Shown in pieces: positions 19,834 through 30,002 of a DNA stretch of 64,000 nt (position 1 is the stretch's first letter; every line of letters begins with the position of its first letter). The stretch covers positions 29,825 to 93,824 of the forward strand of contig JBCCEA010000015.1 in the NCBI GenBank assembly GCA_039030515.1, read 5' to 3'. The notes under the pieces were generated by a model that was given only the letters and a program-made list of their open reading frames with translations, did not search any database and was not told the DNA's origin. The position numbers and the translations under genes are program-made. The stretch is from Myxococcota bacterium (GTDB lineage: Bacteria; Myxococcota_A; Polyangia; Polyangiales; Houyiibacteriaceae).

Positions 19834-21050
19834 CGGTCGATATCACCCGGCCACACGATCCAATCCCGTTATCCGGTGTGAGTGCTTTGCGTTCCTGCGT
19901 GAGGCCCGAAGCCCTCTACATCACCGCGGTGATCTTCCTCTGCTCCATCGCGAACGGCGGTAGCGTTCACTCTGCCGTTGCCCAATCGCCCGTCGCAAAA
20001 CCAGACGGGACGGATCGCGCAGGCGAGACCGTTCAAACCGATGCGGTGGATCGAGTCGAGGGCAACCTGCCAAAGGAGCGCCTACCTACGGTTGAAGTCA
20101 CGCTAAAGCCTCGCGCAGGCTGGCTTTTGGGTGAAGTTGCAACCTTGAGTATCACCGCGGAAATCTCCGAAACCGATGAAGTTGCCGTGCCTGCGGAAAC
20201 CACGCTCGATCCCTTTTTCATCCTGGATCGACGCTCTCGAGTGATCCCGAGTGCGCCCGGCAAACACCGCTATGAGTTTTCCATCGAGCTCCTGGCCGAG
20301 GAGCCTGGTGCGCACGAGATCCCGTCGATCAAACTGCGGATCGTCACCGGAGACAATCTGATCGGACTGGTCCGGACCGAGCCTATCGCGGTGCGTATCG
20401 AGTCCGTTCTAGGAAACGAGCCAAACGCTGAGCCAAAGCCACCTACCGGACCGGTTGTGGTGATGCAGCGTGATCTCACTCTGGTGTGGGTTGGAGTCTT
20501 CGCGCTCGTGATCGCGATCACCGCGATCTGCTCCATCTTCCTATTCAGGTGGTGGCAGCGAAGACCGAAAAAGGAAGCCCCTCCGCCTCGCCAGCGGCCT
20601 CCCTGGGACATTGCACTGGAACGCTTGCATGCCCTCGAGCAGCAGCGCGAAACGATGTTTTCCGGTGGCCGTGCGGTCGAATGGGTCGACGGGGTTTCGG
20701 ACGCGCTGCGGCAGTGTTTGGGCGTCCGGTATGGATTTGATGGACTCGAAAGCACTACCGACGAGGTGGTGGGACAGCTGCGTTCAAAGCGTCCTGCCGG
20801 AGTCGGCCTCGAACACATCGAGCTATTGCTCAGTGAATGCGATCTCATCAAGTTCGCGAGTGCCGCTGTGGACGCGGAGGAGGGCAAGCGGCTCTTTGAA
20901 AGCGCCCGAGAGATCGTAGAACATACCCGAGTGGACGGATCTGCCGAACAACCCGGCGTCCGGTCAGAGCTGGACCTAGACCCGGCATCTCAGTCTTCAC
21001 CGCTTGAAACCCCTGATTCGAAACATCGTCCGCTCGGAGAAGACGCATGA
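19830..21050 (+). CDS. Bat-operon accessory membrane protein (BatD-like N-domain, TM, helical C-domain)
   Basis: Signal-like segment, beta-rich domain, TM, PPWDIALERL..ESTTDE..CDLIKFA; sits between DUF58 and batA. Confidence 0.7.
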   Translation: MTVDITRPHDPIPLSGVSALRSCVRPEALYITAVIFLCSIANGGSVHSAVAQSPVAKPDGTDRAGETVQTDAVDRVEGNLPKERLPTVEVTLKPRAGWLLGEVATLSITAEISETDEVAVPAETTLDPFFILDRRSRVIPSAPGKHRYEFSIELLAEEPGAHEIPSIKLRIVTGDNLIGLVRTEPIAVRIESVLGNEPNAEPKPPTGPVVVMQRDLTLVWVGVFALVIAITAICSIFLFRWWQRRPKKEAPPPRQRPPWDIALERLHALEQQRETMFSGGRAVEWVDGVSDALRQCLGVRYGFDGLESTTDEVVGQLRSKRPAGVGLEHIELLLSECDLIKFASAAVDAEEGKRLFESAREIVEHTRVDGSAEQPGVRSELDLDPASQSSPLETPDSKHRPLGEDA

Positions 21051-22324
21051 GGGGGGTGGGCAGTTCGAGAGCGGCACCATCGCGACGCAGCATCCGCGGC
21101 ATGCTGGTACGGCTCGGACACATCATTTATCCGATCCTCTCGCTTGCGATCGGATTCTACCTGGTGTTCGGACTCTTGGAGGCCTGGTACGGCCAGCGAA
21201 TCAGCCCCCAAAGCTGGTGGCTTTCTCTACGTCAAAACCTCTTTGAAGGTCTTGGTTTTGACGTAGAGCCGCTCGGTGCCGGAACCGTTCGATTTGAACG
21301 TCCCTTCGCCGTCGTCCTCCTACTCGCCCCGCTGCTCGTCTGGATCGCGCAAGCTTATCTACATCGCTTCGAAGCGCCCAGACTCTTGATCAGCCGGGGC
21401 GCTGCGCTGAAGCCTCCCTATCCGATACAGAGTCCCTCAGAGAATTCCAGCTCCGGACAACCGCACTGGGGATATCGACTCGCGATGCGCGACCTGCCCT
21501 TGGGACTGAGGTTTGGCGCACTCGTACTCATCGTACTGGCACTGATGGGTCCCCAGAGCATTCATGCAAAAAGCACCGCCTCGATCGAAGGGATCGACAT
21601 CATGTTGACCCTCGACTTGAGTCTCTCGATGCAGGCAAGCGACATCGAGCCGAGCCGTTTCGAAGCGAGCAAGTACGTGGTGGACGACTTCATCCGGCGA
21701 AGGCCCAACGACCGCATCGGTGCAGTGGTCTTTGGCCAGCAAGCCTACACCCTCCTGCCGCTGACGACCGACCGACAGGCTTTAAGACAAACGATTGCAG
21801 AGCTGCAGCTCAATGTGATCGACGGCCGAGGGACAGCGATAGGGAATGCGGTAGGCACCTCCCTGAATCGGCTGCGACGCTCTACGGCCGAAAGCAAAGT
21901 CGTCATCCTGCTCACGGACGGCAACTCGAACAGCGGCAACATCTCACCCGATCAGGCAGCGAGCTTCGCGGACACCATGAACGTGCGGATATTTACCGTG
22001 CTGATGGGTCAGAACGACGAGGCTCCCGTACGCCGAGGCTTTGGCCTATTCGGCAATCCGATCCTCGACGTGGGGCACTTTCCCGTAAACCCGGAGCTTC
22101 TCGAAGACATGGCGAAGATCACGGGTGGCGCTCATTTCCACGTCAGCGACCGCCAAGGACTGATCCGCAGTTTTCATCAAATCCTCGACGAGCTTGAGCG
22201 GAGCCACATCGAGGACCAAGGGCGCGTCTATAGCGAGCTTTTCCCCGCCTTTCTCACTTCTGCACTCATTCTTCTGATGATGGAGCTGCTCTTGCGAACC
22301 CTCTTGCTGAGAAGATGGCCATGA
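21047..22324 (+). CDS. batA: BatA-like VWA membrane protein
   Basis: GIDIMLTLDLSLSM (MIDAS), DRIGAVVF, PLTTD, GTAIG, ILLTDG. Confidence 0.88.
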   Translation: MRGVGSSRAAPSRRSIRGMLVRLGHIIYPILSLAIGFYLVFGLLEAWYGQRISPQSWWLSLRQNLFEGLGFDVEPLGAGTVRFERPFAVVLLLAPLLVWIAQAYLHRFEAPRLLISRGAALKPPYPIQSPSENSSSGQPHWGYRLAMRDLPLGLRFGALVLIVLALMGPQSIHAKSTASIEGIDIMLTLDLSLSMQASDIEPSRFEASKYVVDDFIRRRPNDRIGAVVFGQQAYTLLPLTTDRQALRQTIAELQLNVIDGRGTAIGNAVGTSLNRLRRSTAESKVVILLTDGNSNSGNISPDQAASFADTMNVRIFTVLMGQNDEAPVRRGFGLFGNPILDVGHFPVNPELLEDMAKITGGAHFHVSDRQGLIRSFHQILDELERSHIEDQGRVYSELFPAFLTSALILLMMELLLRTLLLRRWP

Positions 22325-23394
22325 GCTGGTCCAATCCCGAGATGCTTTGGTGGCTGATGCTCGTTCCAATCTGTTTCGCGCTCTTCCTGACGGAGGGAGT
22401 TTGGCGAATGCGAGCGTTGAAGCGCTTTGGAACCTCCGCCTTGAACGGATCGATCCTGCGCGGCGCTCACGGGACAACGCTGCGGATCCTGCAAGCGACG
22501 CTCTTCACGTCCGCGTCCTTCCTGCTTGTGCTTTCCCTCACTGGACCGCAATACGGCAGCCGAACTCAGCTCTTGCGCAAAGAGGGCATCGATATTGTCA
22601 TCGCGCTCGATTTCTCGAAAAGCATGCTGGCAACGGATGTTCGACCCAGCCGGATCGACCGAGCCAAAGCGGAGATCGCTAAGTTCATCAGCGAGCTCGG
22701 AGGAGATCGCGTCGGCATCGTTACCTTCGCGGGGGAGACCATGGAGTTTCCAATGACGGTCGATTACGCATCACTGGCGCTCTACCTTCGGTCTATCGGT
22801 CCAAGCGACATGCCGGTCGGAGGAACGGCGATCGGCCGGGCACTCATCGCGAGTCAAAGACTGCTCGCCCGAGCGACAACTCGGGACTCCACAGGGCAAG
22901 AGGCAGACGCCGAGAGTAAACGTGCCCAAATCGTCGTTTTGTTTACCGACGGCGAGGACCACGAGGGGGATCCGATCAAGGCGGCTCGGGAGCTCTCAGC
23001 CTCGGGCATTCGCCTCTACACCGTGGGCATCGGTTCACGAACCGGAGAGACGATTCCGACCTACGATCCTTCCGGCAATTTCACGGGATGGCTGCGCGAC
23101 GGCAACGGGGAGCAGGTGCTCACCGCCCTCACCAGCGAGAACGAAGCTGCGCTCCAAGAGATGGCAGAACTCACCGGCGGCCGGTATTTTCGGGCTCGCC
23201 GCGGTGGAGTGGGGATCGACTCGGTGCGTCAGGAGATGCGTCAAATGAAGCAAGGAGAGCAAATCGCTCGTCGGGTCACCGTGCACGAATCGCGATTTGC
23301 CTTGGCGCTGCTGCCTGCTTTTCTTCTTTTCGTCCTTGAGGGCCTGCTCCCGCACGCACGATTCCGTCCTCGAATGCAGGAGCGCAAACGCTGA
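22321..23394 (+). CDS. batB: BatB-like VWA protein
   Basis: GIDIVIALDFSKSM, PSRIDRAK, DRVGIVTFAG, PMTVDY, TDGEDHE. Confidence 0.88.
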   Translation: MSWSNPEMLWWLMLVPICFALFLTEGVWRMRALKRFGTSALNGSILRGAHGTTLRILQATLFTSASFLLVLSLTGPQYGSRTQLLRKEGIDIVIALDFSKSMLATDVRPSRIDRAKAEIAKFISELGGDRVGIVTFAGETMEFPMTVDYASLALYLRSIGPSDMPVGGTAIGRALIASQRLLARATTRDSTGQEADAESKRAQIVVLFTDGEDHEGDPIKAARELSASGIRLYTVGIGSRTGETIPTYDPSGNFTGWLRDGNGEQVLTALTSENEAALQEMAELTGGRYFRARRGGVGIDSVRQEMRQMKQGEQIARRVTVHESRFALALLPAFLLFVLEGLLPHARFRPRMQERKR

Positions 23395-24278
23395 TGCTCC
23401 GCGGATTCTCGATTTGGACAGGCAAACCCCGCCGAAAAGCAAGCCTCTTGAACGCGAGCATCCCCTGGATCGTCGCGGGTCAAGTGTTCCTTCACGTATC
23501 TATCGCCCACGCCTGGGATCCACTTCTGAGGGAGCAGCCCGATGTCTCGATAGGCAACGAGGCCCTGAGTGCCGGAGACCATACGGCAGCGATCGAAGCT
23601 TATGATAGAGCCGCAGCAGCTCTGCCGGGTCATCCCGGGGTTGCGCTCAATCGCGGACTGACCCTTTTAAAGGCAGGAGACCTGAGTGCCGCCAAACAAG
23701 CCTTCCTCTCCGCTACCGAAGCAGAGGACGACGAGAGGCTGCGGGCAGACGCCTACTACAACCTGGGTCTAGCCTTCTATCATGAAGGCGACGCCGCCGC
23801 GGAAACGGGGGATCACGCACGTTCTCAGGAGCACTTCCGCGATGCGATCGATGCCTTTCGTCGTGCGCTTCGAGCGCGACCCGGAACCCCGAATGCCACC
23901 TGGAATCTGGCGCTGACGCTTCGAAGGCTTCGCGAAGAGCAAGACCAGCAAGAACAGCAGGACCAGCAAGAACAGCAGGACCAGCAAGAACAGCAGGACC
24001 AGCAAGAACAGCAGGACCAGCAAGAACAGCAGGACCAGCAAGAACAGCAGGACCAGCAAGGACAGCAGGACCAGCAGGACCAGCAGGACCAGCAGAACCA
24101 GCAGGATGAGCAGGACCAGCGAGAGCAGGCAAGCGAGGCAACCACCGATAGCGAAACACTGCCACCGCAAGTCCGCCGGACTTTGGATGCTTTAGAGGAT
24201 CAAGAGGAGAACCTGGCGCGCGCGAGGGCCCGGGCGCGTGCGGCTCGAGAGAATCGGCGCGTCCTTCAGGACTGGTAA
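23394..24278 (+). CDS. batC: BatC-like TPR protein with Gln-rich linker
   Basis: TPRs (AYYNLGLAFY), QEQQDQ repeats, C-terminal DW. Confidence 0.82.
   Translation: MLRGFSIWTGKPRRKASLLNASIPWIVAGQVFLHVSIAHAWDPLLREQPDVSIGNEALSAGDHTAAIEAYDRAAAALPGHPGVALNRGLTLLKAGDLSAAKQAFLSATEAEDDERLRADAYYNLGLAFYHEGDAAAETGDHARSQEHFRDAIDAFRRALRARPGTPNATWNLALTLRRLREEQDQQEQQDQQEQQDQQEQQDQQEQQDQQEQQDQQEQQDQQGQQDQQDQQDQQNQQDEQDQREQASEATTDSETLPPQVRRTLDALEDQEENLARARARARAARENRRVLQDW
23949..24120 (+). repeat. Coding VNTR, 18 bp unit CAAGAACAGCAGGACCAG
   Basis: Six perfect copies at 23949-24056, one variant, then 9 bp sub-units; encodes (QEQQDQ)n in frame. Confidence 0.95.
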
Positions 24279-24281
24279 TCG

Positions 24282-26243
24282 ATGCACTCCACCCCAAGCT
24301 GCGCCCTACTGCGCTCCACATTCCTCAGAATCGCCGGCGCATGGGCGCTCACCATTGCGGCATGGCAGCCAGGTTCGGCGGAGGCGCAGAGCGTGACGGT
24401 GCACATGGAGGCGAGTGCCGTCGAGGTTCCCGTGGGAACGCCATTCATCCTCCAGCTCGAGATAAGTGCAGAGGGGGCGAGGATCGACTCGATTCGTGAG
24501 CCCGACCTGCAGGGACTGGGTCTAGAGATCCTACAGCGCAGACATACCCAACCCAGCAGCTTTAGCTTTAGCTTTGGGGGACGCAGTCAGTACGTGTCGA
24601 TGAAGCGAATCGTTTCGTACCAGGTGCGGTCGAACCAACCCGGAACGTTGGTGATCCCCCCGGTAACCGCAAGGGTAGGAGGTGCCGAGTTTCAGAGTGA
24701 GCCGCTCAGGCTGACGATTCTCGGCGATCCGGCGAAACCTGCGACCGAGGACACCTTCACCGCAAAGACATCGCAAAACGCCGAGCCGCAGTCCAAACGC
24801 GATCGTCCGGCAGCCGTATCGAGCGATTTCGACCCCCAAGGGTTCATTCGAACCGAAGTAGACATCGGCGACCCTTTCGTCGGGGAACAAACGACGATGA
24901 CGGTCACTCTCTTTGCCGCAGTGCCGCTGTTCGATCCTAGTTTGCTTCGGGAGCCCACTGCAGACGGTTTCTGGACCCAAGATCTACTCGGACCCAACCA
25001 CCGACAGGCCCTGCGCGAAACCGTAGTGCAGGGACGCAAGTTCTACGCGGTCACCCTGAAGAAATGGGCACTTTTCCCCTTGCGAGAGGGCCCGCTCACC
25101 ATTCGTGGGGTGGAGATTCGCTATGGAGACCGCTCGACCTTCCCTCCCGGAACCCGAACCACCCGAGGCGAGGACCTCACCATCGTCGCCAAACCCCTAC
25201 CCCAGACGACATCGACCAAAGTGGTCGTCGGAAGGTTCACGATTTCAAGTCAGCTCGACAGGAATCAAGCACCTACCGGAGACGCGGTCACCCTCACCGC
25301 CCAGGTACGTGCGATTCGCGGCAACGTTCGAGATGCGCGGCTCAGCTTGCCGGTTCGTGACGGCCTGCGCATTTTGGAGCCGGAGGTTCATCACGAAATT
25401 ACCCGCGACGGTGAGAGCGTGGGAGGCACCTCCAAATGGACCTGGCTGGTCGTACCAGAGCGAGAAGGCACGTACGTTTTCGAACCCTTCGAACTGAGCG
25501 TATTCGATCCCGACTCCGGCACTTTTAGCGCTGTCGCCGGTGACCGATTGGAACTCCTCGCAGTGGGAGCCGACCTCACCAGTCCGCCCGAGGATACCGA
25601 GAGTGAAACGCCCGAGCGCGCTACGAGAGCATCCTCGACCAACTTTGGGCCCGTGCGAACCGAAACCTCTTTTGAACGCAGTTCCTCTCGTCTCATCGAG
25701 GCATCCTGGTTTGTACCTGCACTGGTGCTCGGACCGATGCTGCTCTTGAGTATCACCGGTTGGCGCTCTCTGCATGGATGGCTCCAGTCTCGGCGTCAAG
25801 AAATCAAAAAGCGAGAGACAGAGCTGATACGCATCGCCGAGCGGCATATGCAACAAGCGGAAAAATATATGGAACAGGCCAAAAAGCGGGCCGCATCATC
25901 GCAAAACAGTCCCATCTCGGAGGATCACGACACGGGTCAATTTTATCGTGAACTCACTTTGGGAATACTTCGGACAGTCGAATCGAAACTAGGAGAACCC
26001 TTTTTGGGCGCGCTGCGTTCTGAACTACGAACCCGACTGCTGGAGGCTAAAATGGAGGCAACGCTCACTTTGCAGCTCGTGGAGGATCTCGAGCATATGG
26101 AGCAAGCCCGATTTAGCCTGCATGAATTCAACTTCGAAGCGCAGCAGGCGCTGATGCAGCGAGCCAAGGTGTACGTTCAAGCGGTGCGCGCTCTGGATGT
26201 CGGCACAGCCCCGGCGTCCCTCACCGCAAGCGCGGGGGGCTAG
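24282..26243 (+). CDS. batD: BatD-family protein
   Basis: Signal peptide, repeated beta-sandwich domains (PFVGEQ, ALFPLREG, VGRF), one TM near the C-terminus. Confidence 0.85.
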   Translation: MHSTPSCALLRSTFLRIAGAWALTIAAWQPGSAEAQSVTVHMEASAVEVPVGTPFILQLEISAEGARIDSIREPDLQGLGLEILQRRHTQPSSFSFSFGGRSQYVSMKRIVSYQVRSNQPGTLVIPPVTARVGGAEFQSEPLRLTILGDPAKPATEDTFTAKTSQNAEPQSKRDRPAAVSSDFDPQGFIRTEVDIGDPFVGEQTTMTVTLFAAVPLFDPSLLREPTADGFWTQDLLGPNHRQALRETVVQGRKFYAVTLKKWALFPLREGPLTIRGVEIRYGDRSTFPPGTRTTRGEDLTIVAKPLPQTTSTKVVVGRFTISSQLDRNQAPTGDAVTLTAQVRAIRGNVRDARLSLPVRDGLRILEPEVHHEITRDGESVGGTSKWTWLVVPEREGTYVFEPFELSVFDPDSGTFSAVAGDRLELLAVGADLTSPPEDTESETPERATRASSTNFGPVRTETSFERSSSRLIEASWFVPALVLGPMLLLSITGWRSLHGWLQSRRQEIKKRETELIRIAERHMQQAEKYMEQAKKRAASSQNSPISEDHDTGQFYRELTLGILRTVESKLGEPFLGALRSELRTRLLEAKMEATLTLQLVEDLEHMEQARFSLHEFNFEAQQALMQRAKVYVQAVRALDVGTAPASLTASAGG

Positions 26244-26246
26244 AAG

Positions 26247-27209
26247 ATGCACGTGCAGTCCGTCGGGAGCGATGGTGTAGTTCGGGGGAGCGATGCCTCA
26301 GATGCACGGATCGAGAAGAAGACATGCAGGACTCCGGGTCGCTTGGCGGCGCTTTATTGGATGAAGTGGGGCTTGTCCTTAGCGACCTTTGTGCAGATGG
26401 TCCTCAGTAGCTCCCCTTCACAAGCCCAGTCGATGGAGGAGATCTTTCAAGCGGGCAATCAGGCCTTTTTCGACAAGCGATATGAAGACGCGCAGGCAGC
26501 GTATCAGGAGCTGATCGATTCTGGACTGCGAGACCCAAATATCGAGTTTAATCTCGGCGCCACCCTCGCGTCACTCGAGCAGTACGGTCGAGCGATTGCC
26601 CATTTCGAGCGGGCACTCTCGCTACAACCCGGCGACAGGGAAGCGCTACGCGACCTTCGCCATGCGAGACACGCCCTCTCGGAGCGAGGTCTCCACCGCA
26701 AAGCCCCGTCTCCATCGGATTCAGCCGAAGCGCAAAGCGTCAACGAGGAGTCTTCAAGTTCAGCGGTGGACGCAGATTTCGTGATGGACTCGGGCGGGGA
26801 CAGCGTCCATGCGATCACGCGCGGGATGCATCCGGACGCACTAGGACTCTCGCTACTCCTGCTGAGCTGGCTCGCAACGGCCGCACTGATCGGTGGTCGA
26901 TATGCTGCAAGACCCTCCGTGCGCCTAGGGCTCACCATCGGAGGAATTCTCAGCGTTCTCACGGCGAGTGCATCCGGAATACTTCTTCTTCTGCGGATAG
27001 GATTCTTCGATCCCGGCATGCGCGCGATCGTCGCGGAAGCGACCATCACCCGCAACGCACCCGATCCGCGTGCCGAACAGCAGGCCACCGTGAGCGAGGG
27101 GAAATTAGTTTATTTGGCTCAAGAGCGCGGAGGATTCTATCAGCTCATCGCGGAAGATCAGGAGGTGGGCTGGGCCCCTACGGCACAAGTTGTGGCGATA
27201 CAGCGTTGA
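26247..27209 (+). CDS. batE: BatE-like TPR / TM / SH3-like protein
   Basis: FQAGNQAF..YEDA..FNLG..GRAIAHFERAL, two TM helices, C-terminal SH3-like VGW. Confidence 0.78.
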   Translation: MHVQSVGSDGVVRGSDASDARIEKKTCRTPGRLAALYWMKWGLSLATFVQMVLSSSPSQAQSMEEIFQAGNQAFFDKRYEDAQAAYQELIDSGLRDPNIEFNLGATLASLEQYGRAIAHFERALSLQPGDREALRDLRHARHALSERGLHRKAPSPSDSAEAQSVNEESSSSAVDADFVMDSGGDSVHAITRGMHPDALGLSLLLLSWLATAALIGGRYAARPSVRLGLTIGGILSVLTASASGILLLLRIGFFDPGMRAIVAEATITRNAPDPRAEQQATVSEGKLVYLAQERGGFYQLIAEDQEVGWAPTAQVVAIQR

Positions 27210-27263
27210 CAAGTCACAAGCCCACAGATGACGATTCATTCCGGAATCGAGAGGCGTTGTACG

Positions 27264-27674
27264 ATGGCGAGCGAAATAGGCGATCGATTGAAGATTCTGG
27301 TTGCCGATGATGACTTTGAAATCCTCGGTCTGTTGGTGCGACATCTGGAGAAACGGGATGTCCAAATATTGGAGGCATCGGACGGGGAAGAAGCACTCGC
27401 GCTGACCAAGAGAGAAAAACCCTCCCTGGTCATCCTCGACGTGATGATGCCTGCGATGAGCGGTTGGGAAGTCTGTCGCGCCATCCGTGAGGACGTCGAC
27501 CTTCAGGACATCGGGGTGCTCATGCTGACTGGAATCGGCGAACGTCTTAACGAGATGACTTCTCCTCTCTACGGGGCGGATGGTCATCTGGACAAGCCTT
27601 TCGACCTCGGTGATCTCGACGAGAAGGTCGAAGAACTTCTCTCGAAAAGAAACGAGCGGCCCGCAGCGGACTGA
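27264..27674 (+). CDS. Single-domain response regulator
   Basis: ILVADDD, ILDVMMP, MLTG, DKPF. Confidence 0.9.
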   Translation: MASEIGDRLKILVADDDFEILGLLVRHLEKRDVQILEASDGEEALALTKREKPSLVILDVMMPAMSGWEVCRAIREDVDLQDIGVLMLTGIGERLNEMTSPLYGADGHLDKPFDLGDLDEKVEELLSKRNERPAAD

Positions 27675-27778
27675 AGGCCAAAAAAGCGTGCGACCCTCAC
27701 GGTTGCCGCCAAGTTCGGGCCATGTTAACCCGGCCGTCGAACGCAGGACTTTGATTCTGTGTTCCCGTCGGTGCTCCT

Positions 27779-28843
27779 GTGGATCACACTACCGGATGCC
27801 CATTTGGACTGCCTATGCAACCGATATGCTCGGCACGGAATACGAAGTCAGCCAGGCTTTTCAGAGCTCTACTTGCCGGAGCCCCGCTCATCAGTAGCCT
27901 CATCCTCGGTCATTCGGCTTGCGAAAACCCAAGCGCGACCACCAAGGACGAAACCGAAACCCCGTACGCTCATGGGCTCACCGCCGAGCAGGCGAACTCG
28001 GTCCTGGTCAAAATAGGTGAGCGTTCGATCACCCTTGGCGAATTCGCGGCTCGACTCGCAGACCAGTCTCCCTACTTGCAGGCGCGCTATCAAAGCCCGG
28101 AACGTCGCCGCGATTTCCTCGAGAACATGATTCGTTTCGAGCTGCTGGCGCTCGAAGCCGAGCGCAGGGGGATGACCCAGCTACCCAGTGTCCAGCGGGC
28201 TCAGAAGCAGATGATGGTCGAGCAGATGATGATCGACCGATTCGAAAACCGCCTTGAACTATCGAACGTTGGCGAAGACGAAATTCGCGCGCACTACGAA
28301 GCACACGCGAGCGAATATCAGAAACCCGCTCAAGTTCGGGCTAGCCATATTCTTATTCGAGATCGGTCGGCCGCGATGCGGACACTGAAGCAGCTCACCT
28401 CGGATCCCGACAATGCCGACCTTTTTTTAGAGCTCGCTCAGAAGCGGAACGAGGATTCGCGCACCAAGGAGCGTTTCGGAGACTTACGCTTCCTCTTCAA
28501 ACCGGAAGATCAACCGGACGCGCCGCAGGCTGTAGCGGATGAGGTCATCGAGGCGGCATTTCGCATCGAAGAAATCGGCGGCATCTATCCCGAACTCGTG
28601 CAGAGTGCGGCAGGCTTTCACATCATCAAGCTGACGGGCCGTCGCGAGGCCCTGAGCCGGTCCCTCGAAGAGGTTCGTCGTCCGCTGCAGCATCGACTTT
28701 GGCGGGAGAAGAGAGAGAAAGCCGTCGAGAGCCTAGTCCAGCAACTCCGCGCCCAAGCACATATCGAAGTCGATGAGGAAGTCCTTGCCCAGATTCAGAT
28801 CGTGGAAGACAGAGATTTGAAGGCAGAGCAAAGCGACCCGTGA
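27779..28843 (+). CDS. PpiC/parvulin-type peptidyl-prolyl isomerase (foldase, possible lipoprotein)
   Basis: QVRASHILI, GDLRF, GFHIIKL; HSAC lipobox-like; start uncertain. Confidence 0.85.
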   Translation: MDHTTGCPFGLPMQPICSARNTKSARLFRALLAGAPLISSLILGHSACENPSATTKDETETPYAHGLTAEQANSVLVKIGERSITLGEFAARLADQSPYLQARYQSPERRRDFLENMIRFELLALEAERRGMTQLPSVQRAQKQMMVEQMMIDRFENRLELSNVGEDEIRAHYEAHASEYQKPAQVRASHILIRDRSAAMRTLKQLTSDPDNADLFLELAQKRNEDSRTKERFGDLRFLFKPEDQPDAPQAVADEVIEAAFRIEEIGGIYPELVQSAAGFHIIKLTGRREALSRSLEEVRRPLQHRLWREKREKAVESLVQQLRAQAHIEVDEEVLAQIQIVEDRDLKAEQSDP

Positions 28844-29898
28844 ACAAGAACACCATCCACCACCCGGCAGTTCGGTCCCATAGAAGAACTGTCTTTCGAG
28901 CAGTCCGCGTCTTTCAACCAGCCCAGGTTGTGCTGCTCGTTCAGATGCTACAAATCGGAGGGATGGTTGGGGCACTCGCGCCTGCGAGTTCGGCTCGAGC
29001 GGATGTCGTCGAGCAAATCGTGGCGACGGTCAACGAAGACGCCATTTTTCTGAGTGAACTACGACGTCGGGCCTCACCGTTTCTGCCTCAAGTGTACGCT
29101 GCAGAATCTCAAACCGAAGCGATGGCCCGCCTTGGGCAGCTCTACCGTGAGTTGCTGGAGCAACTGATCGACGAAGAGCTGATTCGGCAAGCCGCAACGA
29201 GGATGCAGGTGCGCGTTTCTAGCCAAGACCTCGAACGCGCCATCGCCAACGTTCAGGGACAGAGCGGGCTAAGCGAGGATCAGTTCTGGGAGGCGGTCAC
29301 AGCTCAGGGGTTCACCCGGGCAGCCTACCGAATCGATCTCCGTCGCCAACTGCTGCGCCTCAAAGTACTCAACCAACGGGTTCGCACGCGCGTCAACATC
29401 ACGGAACGGGACGTGCGCCGAGAGTATGAGCAGCGGATGCGCCGGGCGAATCTGCAGCAGCGTGTTCGCGCCTCACATATCTTCTTGCCCTTGTCCGACG
29501 CGCCCACCGCAACCGAGGTGGCACAGCGAATGTCGGAAGCCATCGCGATACGCCAAGCGATCGACAGCATCGGGTTCGCTGCCGCGAAACAACAGTATGG
29601 CGGATACGAACTCGGCTGGCTCAACCAGGGCGACCTACCCGAGGCGCTAGAAGCTCCTCTAACGCTGCTCGGCGACGGGCAGACAAGCGATCCGATCCGG
29701 GGCCCCTCCGGCGTTCATATTTTCTTTCTCCACGAGCGCGAAGACGGCGGATCCGACTTCCGTAGCTTTGAAGACGCCAAGGATCGAATCTATCGGGAAA
29801 TGATGGATCAAGCGATGGGCGGTCAGGAGCAGCAGTTCCTAAACGAGCTGCGACGCGATGCTGTGGTGACCCGACGCTTGAGTCCAGCCACCGGTTAG
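28840..29898 (+). CDS. surA: SurA-family chaperone / PPIase
   Basis: VVEQIVATVNEDAIFLSEL, LEQLIDEELI, VRASHIFL, ELGWL, GVHIF. Confidence 0.82.
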   Translation: MNKNTIHHPAVRSHRRTVFRAVRVFQPAQVVLLVQMLQIGGMVGALAPASSARADVVEQIVATVNEDAIFLSELRRRASPFLPQVYAAESQTEAMARLGQLYRELLEQLIDEELIRQAATRMQVRVSSQDLERAIANVQGQSGLSEDQFWEAVTAQGFTRAAYRIDLRRQLLRLKVLNQRVRTRVNITERDVRREYEQRMRRANLQQRVRASHIFLPLSDAPTATEVAQRMSEAIAIRQAIDSIGFAAAKQQYGGYELGWLNQGDLPEALEAPLTLLGDGQTSDPIRGPSGVHIFFLHEREDGGSDFRSFEDAKDRIYREMMDQAMGGQEQQFLNELRRDAVVTRRLSPATG

Positions 29899-29930
29899 AC
29901 CCTCTCTAGAACGGTTAGACCCTTTCTAGA
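29892..29930. repeat. 20 bp tandem duplication spanning the surA stop codon
   Basis: CGGTTAGACCCTCTCTAGAA followed by CGGTTAGACCCTTTCTAGA. Confidence 0.8.
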
Positions 29931-30002
29931 GACTGCGCGCGCATGCTAGAGCAACGAGGTCTGTATGCGTGTGCGGTCGAAAGCAAGGCGGAGTGAGCCA
30001 GC

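Noticed and set aside
23713..24321. Antisense ORFs with PAVLAG, LLVLLF and WSCCSC repeats
   Set aside because: Shadow frames of the batC VNTR.
17868..27209. moxR-DUF58-bat operon as a novel system
   Set aside because: Matches the already described BatI-type operon architecture.
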